From IMG/VR virus record IMGVR_UViG_3300042347_000063, positions 1 to 31,845 of that record: 31,845 nt of DNA, one strand, 5' to 3'. A model generated the notes under the pieces. That model searched no databases. It had not been told where the DNA came from and saw nothing but the letters and a program-made list of their open reading frames with translations. Positions 27,510 to 31,845 of the stretch are shown in pieces. Both the position numbers and the translations under genes were made by a program. Source of the stretch: a virus. Its lineage: Duplodnaviria; Caudoviricetes. Numbering within the stretch: the stretch's first letter is position 1; each line of letters opens with the position of its first letter.

Positions 27510-27568
27510 AAAATAAGGCTGGACACTCAGGAGCAGTGGGGTGGGTAGAAAGATCCTGAGTGCCAGCA
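27510..27568 (-). ncRNA. Candidate small hairpin RNA with a C/U-rich loop
   Basis: 14-bp GC-rich stem with one bulge (27554-27567 pairs with 27518-27532), 21-nt loop UCUUUCUACCCACCCCACUGC, TATAAT (27575-27580) 7 nt upstream, and CUUAUUUU after the stem. Confidence 0.5.
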
Positions 27569-27627
27569 CTTTAGATTATATATGATTATTTTAAATAGGT
27601 TAAGATATATAAATTTATAACAAAAAG

Positions 27628-28161
27628 TTATTCAAAAAAATTTAAATTAACTACGCATCTTGAAATATCCGTTGAACTGGTTCCAGTGTGCAGGAGGTCT
27701 GAATCAAATATTAGCAACCTATTTTCTACAGACTCTACTGTTGGACCATCTTTAAAAAGTGTCAGTCCATCATTTGTATTGACGTAGTAGACTGCTGTTT
27801 TTAAATTTTTAGGAGTATTTGGAAGATCTGTATGATATCCGTAAATTATTTTTTTAGGTGTTGGGGGGGTTAGATTTGATTTTATTCTTACAAGCGCTTT
27901 AGGGTTAATTATTTCTAGCATTGGAGAAAAAAGTTCAAAACAGTAATTTGATTGAGGATACATATTACCATAAAATGTATGAGTAAACTGAAAATTATAC
28001 TTTGACCCATCCTCACCATCTTCAAATAAAACATTTTCAGTTTTTGAAACTTTGTTGTCATTATAAAACCATGGGAACATATCTGACATTAATGTATTTT
28101 TTATTTCATTAAACTCTGCCTTTGGCAAAAAGTTATCAATTACTTTATAGTTTATTTCCAT
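27628..28161 (-). CDS. 2OG-Fe(II) oxygenase superfamily protein
   Basis: 'VIDNFL', HxD ('HTD'), 'TAVYYVNTNDG.T', 'NRLLIFD..L.H.G', distal 'R' in 'SRCVVNLNF'; AT-rich; leaderless TGATATACT. Confidence 0.85.
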   Translation of the reverse strand: MEINYKVIDNFLPKAEFNEIKNTLMSDMFPWFYNDNKVSKTENVLFEDGEDGSKYNFQFTHTFYGNMYPQSNYCFELFSPMLEIINPKALVRIKSNLTPPTPKKIIYGYHTDLPNTPKNLKTAVYYVNTNDGLTLFKDGPTVESVENRLLIFDSDLLHTGTSSTDISRCVVNLNFFE

Positions 28162-28385
28162 AGTTTTAGTATATCACAAACTTTTTAAAAGCAAATATAT
28201 AGCCAGAGTACTAAAAAAATCTATATTATTAAATTGTTATCAACTTGTTATATTCCATATTTACTAAATGTCCGTTTTATCCTATTAGGCCAGGGTATTG
28301 ATAGTGTATACTTAAAATATATAAAGAAAAGAATATACTGTAAAAGTAATATACTTATATATAGTATATATTATATATAGAAGAA

Positions 28386-28598
28386 TTACTTATTATGATC
28401 TTTAATGTGTTCAATCAAAAGATCAAACATCTTGTCAGTCTTATCCTCAAGACGATTAACAGAGTCTTTTAGCGATGATCCAGAGTTTGGCTTAAGTTCG
28501 CTTAGGTAGTGTTTAACTAAAAACTTAACTCCGCCGACAAGAATACCAAAAATTGTCAAACAAGTTAAAGCAAGTCCAGCCCAGTCTTGAGGAGTCAT
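28386..28598 (-). CDS. Small single-TM membrane protein (holin-like, actinophage DUF2746-type)
   Basis: One hydrophobic helix followed by 'ELKPNSGSSLKDSVNRLE'; PNxGSSxxD is characteristic of actinophage small membrane proteins. Confidence 0.55.
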   Translation of the reverse strand: MTPQDWAGLALTCLTIFGILVGGVKFLVKHYLSELKPNSGSSLKDSVNRLEDKTDKMFDLLIEHIKDHNK

Positions 28599-28628
28599 AA
28601 GGTTTATTATATCATTATTTAAGATTAG

Positions 28629-29075
28629 TTATTCACAAATATATGTAAATGACATATGGAATTTATCTGCTGTTGATAGTACAAATGGAGAGTTGTGGTC
28701 AAATGGCTCATCCTTTGCAGAACTTCCAATATTCCATATAGACATTCCAGTTGAACCTGTAGATAGGTGTCCCTTAATGCTGTAATGGTCTACACCTTGA
28801 TTTACAACATCATGAATAGATCCACCGTAAACATCTGTATGATATTTTGAATTAAAAGGAATTGTTAAAGAATATTGTCCAGTTCCAAAATTACTTACAT
28901 TAGTAAATAAAACATCAATCTGTACTGTAACAAGATTTCCAATTTTGATATACGATCCAGTTGTTGGGGTATTTGTAAAGGCAAGTCCTGTTCCAGACCA
29001 TACTGGAGAATAAGATTTAATTTGGGTTGTAAGTCCATCAGTATCACCAAAGGCTGGATGGGTAAAACGTGCCAT
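28629..29075 (-). CDS. Fibre C-terminal-like beta-domain protein
   Basis: 'YSPVWS...G.YIKIGNLVTVQI...G.Y.LTIPF' resembles the C-terminal head domain of phage tail fibres. Confidence 0.55.
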   Translation of the reverse strand: MARFTHPAFGDTDGLTTQIKSYSPVWSGTGLAFTNTPTTGSYIKIGNLVTVQIDVLFTNVSNFGTGQYSLTIPFNSKYHTDVYGGSIHDVVNQGVDHYSIKGHLSTGSTGMSIWNIGSSAKDEPFDHNSPFVLSTADKFHMSFTYICE

Positions 29076-29359
29076 TACGACCCAGACTCTAGGTTAGTTT
29101 TTATTACTGCAACTTTCATTTCGTTTACAGATGCTATCGCATAAAGTTCGTCTCTACCTGGAAGTTCAAAAGAAATAGAGTGGTTTGGCATAATTCTAAA
29201 CCCATAGTTGGTGTCTGAAATTTCACTATCTCCACCGATATAAATATATCCAGAAGCATTTACATTTTGAAGCGTAATGTCGATTCCTGAATGAGTTCCG
29301 TTTGGAGTCAAGCGGGTAGCAGAAGTATTAGATAGAGTAGTTAGTGAGTGCATGGTCAT
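29075..29359 (-). CDS. Small beta-sandwich hypothetical protein
   Basis: 94 aa, 'ITLQN....IYIGG......GF.I.P......L...DELYAI'; leaderless TGCTATAAT. Confidence 0.7.
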   Translation of the reverse strand: MTMHSLTTLSNTSATRLTPNGTHSGIDITLQNVNASGYIYIGGDSEISDTNYGFRIMPNHSISFELPGRDELYAIASVNEMKVAVIKTNLESGS

Positions 29360-29513
29360 ATATGTATTATAGCATTATTAGTCTTAAATTCGGCGGGATA
29401 CCAATCGAGCCGAAAATAGAGGTTATCAAACCCTCCTATAGACAACATATGGGATACACTCCCAAGTATGTCTAGAAGTGGCTTCAAACCCTTATATGGG
29501 CTATAATAGATCT

Positions 29514-29597
29514 ATGGACATGGTTTTAGTATTTGTTGCTCCAATAGTTATTGTTGCAGCCTTAGTGATGTGGATGTTTGAAAATGTCAACAGGTGA
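29514..29597 (+). CDS. 27-aa hydrophobic peptide (MDMVLVFVAPIVIVAALVMWMFENVNR)
   Basis: TATAAT (29502-29507) 6 nt before the ATG (leaderless); a single TM helix; overlaps the next gene start. Confidence 0.5.
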   Translation: MDMVLVFVAPIVIVAALVMWMFENVNR

Positions 29598-29784
29598 TGC
29601 AAAGCCATGGGATCTTATCAATGGTTCTAAGAGAGCGCCAGAAGATATTGCTGCTGAGCGTTTGGCGATATGTAAGGGATGTGAGTTTTTTCGTAAAGGA
29701 AACCAGAGTTGTAAGAAGTGTGGTTGTTTTATGAAGTTGAAGACTCTTATAGATAAGGCTAAGTGTCCTATTGATAAATGGTGA
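29584..29784 (+). CDS. Cys-rich small protein (DUF6171-like, putative metal-binding)
   Basis: 'RLAICKGC...CKKCGCFM.LKT.....KCPIDKW' pattern; ATG 29584 is preferred to TTG 29578. Confidence 0.75.
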   Translation: MSTGDAKPWDLINGSKRAPEDIAAERLAICKGCEFFRKGNQSCKKCGCFMKLKTLIDKAKCPIDKW

Positions 29785-29855
29785 TTATTCGCCAGAAACC
29801 AGTGAATGGTTTGTGTACCGTCGCAAATTTAAAAATAACAGAAAAGGATAAAAAA

Positions 29856-30602
29856 ATGAAACCAATAACAGTATACTGGTCTCCGTATTTAGATAGTCAA
29901 CAAGAGCAGGACTGGTCATTTTTATATCCCAAACCAATTAGCCTATTTTCTGATCATTTAAAAAATAAAGACAAGTCAAGCAAAAATCATTTTTTTCAAT
30001 GTCCTGCAACATCTTCAAAGATTAAAAAAACATTGGTTTTTAACTCTCCTATGACTTTTGGATATGATTACGACTTTTCTGAAAATAAGACAAATCTAGA
30101 AATTAATACCAAAGAGGCCATCCTCATGTATGGTATCAGGGATGACATGCTTACTACTGGACCTAATTTTAAACTTGCGTTAAGTTACTCTTTTTTTGCT
30201 GATCAGAGTTTAGAGGTTTCTTATACATCCCCCTTTTTCCATAAAGCAAAATATATGGAAAGTTGTTCTACAGTACCTGGAAATTTTAACATTGGAGAGT
30301 GGTATAGACCATATAGTGTTGAGTTACAAACCTGGTCAAGGAAAGGATCAATTAATTTTGTTGAAAATGAGCCTTTGTTTTATGTTGAGTTTAAAACAGA
30401 CAGACCGATAATACTTAAAAGATATAGCCAGAGTGACCTACTTATAAAATATTCTCATGCTAATGTAAATACTACTAACTTGTTTGGTATTGGGCAAACC
30501 CTAAAGTCCAGATATGAAAGATTCAGATCTATTGGTATGCGTGAAAAAATATTAAGTGAAATCAATAAAAATATTATTGATGAAGAGTATATGACTTTAT
30601 AA
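29856..30602 (+). CDS. Hypothetical protein (CPA-motif family, often found with phage 2OG-oxygenase clusters)
   Basis: Start refined to ATG 29856 (SD GAAAAGGA). Contains 'FFQCPA', 'PF.H', 'VPG.FNIG.WYRP' and 'EPLFYVEF'; function unknown. Confidence 0.65.
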   Translation: MKPITVYWSPYLDSQQEQDWSFLYPKPISLFSDHLKNKDKSSKNHFFQCPATSSKIKKTLVFNSPMTFGYDYDFSENKTNLEINTKEAILMYGIRDDMLTTGPNFKLALSYSFFADQSLEVSYTSPFFHKAKYMESCSTVPGNFNIGEWYRPYSVELQTWSRKGSINFVENEPLFYVEFKTDRPIILKRYSQSDLLIKYSHANVNTTNLFGIGQTLKSRYERFRSIGMREKILSEINKNIIDEEYMTL

Positions 30603-30609
30603 CAAAAAG

Positions 30610-30753
30610 TTATATGTCTAAAACCTCTTCGTCCAAACCTTGTTCAACAGGTATTATGATAGGCTCACCTAGGTTGTTTGTTGCTACTATAGGAGTGTGT
30701 TCGTATTGGAATTCTGGATCCCAGGCATTTTCAAAATTGTCTAATATTCCCAT
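30610..30753 (-). CDS. 47-aa acidic micro-protein (MGILDNFENAWD...)
   Basis: Below the ORF cutoff; TATAAT (30761-30766) 7 nt before the ATG, matching the leaderless pattern. Confidence 0.6.
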   Translation of the reverse strand: MGILDNFENAWDPEFQYEHTPIVATNNLGEPIIIPVEQGLDEEVLDI

Positions 30754-30894
30754 ACCGTCCATTATACCCCAAATCTGAAAAATTTTGTAAAAACCAAAAT
30801 AGCAAAAATCTGAATATTTTTCTCAGATGTATGATACATATAATAGAAAAAATAAATGTAAATAATTAGTGAGCACACACTGGAGAGATCTATT

Positions 30895-30954
30895 GTACTA
30901 GTGCCATCAAATTATAGGACACTAGTACGCCTAACTTTCTGGATACTAGTGCCA
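30895..30954. repeat. Three ACTAGT-centred repeats at exact 24-bp spacing, middle copy inverted
   Basis: ACTAGT at 30897, 30921 and 30945; TACTAGTGCCA twice directly, with GGACACTAGTAC between them. Confidence 0.8.
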
Positions 30955-30962
30955 CCATTTTT

Positions 30963-31142
30963 TCATGATTGTGTGGCACCCTGTAGGTAGCCGTCAATTG
31001 ATAATAAATCGCATGTAATTTTTACACGCTGGCTAGGGTGCAATGTTGATTGAAATAAATGCATAAAGTCGTAGACCTCTTGCTTAGATTGTAGATTGAT
31101 ATTGCGAGTGTTACCCGACATTGTTGTTATTGTTACTTTCAT
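30963..31142 (-). CDS. 59-aa early hypothetical protein (MKVTITTMSG...)
   Basis: Manual translation; ATG directly follows the upstream TAA; SD-like AGGA. Confidence 0.65.
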   Translation of the reverse strand: MKVTITTMSGNTRNINLQSKQEVYDFMHLFQSTLHPSQRVKITCDLLSIDGYLQGATQS

Positions 31143-31313
31143 TTAATTTCCTACACTTTCTAATAGTTCTGCCATAGCGATTTGGATTTGATTGTATGCG
31201 TTAGCACAATCGTAGCAATATGTTTCTGTAGGGATACCGCCGAGCATGAGGGCAGCGATTCCGCTATAGACTAGTTCTGTGTTCTCACAATGGATAACTT
31301 TGCAAATGTTCAT
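31143..31313 (-). CDS. 56-aa early protein, putative zinc finger (CxxxxC...CxxC)
   Basis: MNICKVIHCE...TYCYDCANAY...; ATG abuts the upstream stop; SD AAGGA. Confidence 0.65.
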   Translation of the reverse strand: MNICKVIHCENTELVYSGIAALMLGGIPTETYCYDCANAYNQIQIAMAELLESVGN

Positions 31314-31409
31314 TTATTTATTTTCCTTTTTATTGAGTAGGGCTAGGGCTTGTGCAAGGCTTTCCTTGCGTTGCGCTTCTACATGCGCCTTGAATTCGTC
31401 TAGATTCAT
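31314..31409 (-). CDS. 31-aa helical early peptide (MNLDEFKAHVEAQRKESLAQALALLNKKENK)
   Basis: ATGA overlap with the upstream gene; stop abuts the next ATG. Confidence 0.6.
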   Translation of the reverse strand: MNLDEFKAHVEAQRKESLAQALALLNKKENK

Positions 31410-31585
31410 TTAGACACTTTCCAATCTCTCCACATTGGGAGTCTTTCTGGGTCGGTATCATCGTACCAACGCTCAATGTTATTTTCACAATCTTGGCAGA
31501 AAGTGTATTGTGTATCTGCAACCTCTGAGATAGCAGATTTCATAGGGTTATGCTCAACGCATTTTGTTATTTGTAGTGTAGTCAT
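31406..31585 (-). CDS. 59-aa early protein, putative zinc ribbon (CxxH...CxxC)
   Basis: MTTLQITKCVEHNP...TFCQDCENNI...; SD GAAAGGTGG; first gene behind the TTGACA promoter. Confidence 0.7.
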   Translation of the reverse strand: MTTLQITKCVEHNPMKSAISEVADTQYTFCQDCENNIERWYDDTDPERLPMWRDWKVSK

Positions 31586-31622
31586 TTTAGACCACCTTTC
31601 TTTTATTTAATCTTACTCCGTA

Positions 31623-31651
31623 AGTCTAGCATGGATTTCTTGTACTGTCAA
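31623..31651 (-). promoter_or_regulatory. Strong sigma70/sigmaA-type early promoter
   Basis: TTGACA (31646-31651) - 17 nt - TAGACT (31623-31628), with a TGn extension. Confidence 0.8.
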
Positions 31652-31718
31652 GTATACTGGCTAGTAGTCTCAACCTTTGAGACGCTTACTTTCTTTTATT
31701 TAATTTTCTATACTTAGA

Positions 31719-31747
31719 AGTATAGCACAAAAATGTCAAAAAGTCAA
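31719..31747 (-). promoter_or_regulatory. Second strong sigma70/sigmaA-type early promoter
   Basis: TTGACT (31742-31747) - 17 nt - TATACT (31719-31724), with a TGn extension. Confidence 0.8.
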
Positions 31748-31778
31748 GTTTAGACACGGACAAATCGGACATTTCTAG

Positions 31779-31794
31779 TGTGATTTAGACCACA
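31779..31794. promoter_or_regulatory. CRP/GlxR-like binding site
   Basis: TGTGA-TTTAGA-CCACA: one mismatch to TGTGA-N6-TCACA, upstream of the early promoter. Confidence 0.5.
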
Positions 31795-31813
31795 CAAAAA
31801 ATTCGAAAAAAAG

Positions 31814-31834
31814 TTATCCACAGGGTTATCCACA
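31814..31834 (+). promoter_or_regulatory. Two tandem perfect DnaA boxes
   Basis: TTATCCACA at 31814-31822 and 31826-31834, same orientation, 3-nt spacer. Confidence 0.75.
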
Positions 31835-31845
31835 GATGACCAGTC

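Noticed and set aside
30895-30954. Mini-CRISPR interpretation of the 24-bp periodic repeats
   Set aside because: The repeats are only about 11 bp, the middle one is inverted and the spacers are too short.
31330-31521. 63-aa ORF from the track
   Set aside because: Out of frame with two better-supported coupled ORFs (31406-31585 and 31314-31409) that have an SD and overlap junctions.
1-31845. Alternative genetic code, tRNAs, introns or inteins
   Set aside because: Genes tile densely in the standard code at expected lengths; no cloverleaf or splicing motifs were recognised by eye (tRNAscan-SE would confirm).

Overview
A segment of a large, AT-rich tailed phage (Caudoviricetes, HK97-type head). 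It most resembles the uncultured phages of freshwater Actinobacteria; that host assignment is an inference. Almost all genes are on the minus strand. Reading from 31845 toward 1, the window has: (1) an early/host-takeover-like region with two near-consensus sigma70/sigmaA promoters, tandem DnaA boxes, a CRP-like site and four translationally coupled micro-ORFs; (2) a non-coding boundary with three ACTAGT sites exactly 24 bp apart; (3) small accessory genes (DUF6171-like Cys protein, 2OG-Fe(II) oxygenase, holin-like peptide); (4) about 14 kb of tail fibre, baseplate, collagen and glycine-rich genes, interrupted by a divergent secreted lysozyme-like gene; (5) a sulfotransferase and a class II (B12-dependent) ribonucleotide reductase; (6) a 1198-aa virion protein; (7) portal, prohead protease with a nested scaffold gene, major capsid protein, head-tail connectors and the start of the major tail protein. 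The most notable observations are a stand-alone 75-aa paralog of the capsid N-terminal arm right after the capsid gene, a self-promoted ~60-nt hairpin sRNA candidate with a C-rich loop, a window-wide TGnTATA(A/C)T extended -10/leaderless promoter architecture, several recurring operator-like motifs, and a terminator-like hairpin inside the lysozyme gene. No tRNA, rRNA, CRISPR array, integrase, transposase or terminase was recognised. All product calls come from motif recognition and gene order, not from database searches.
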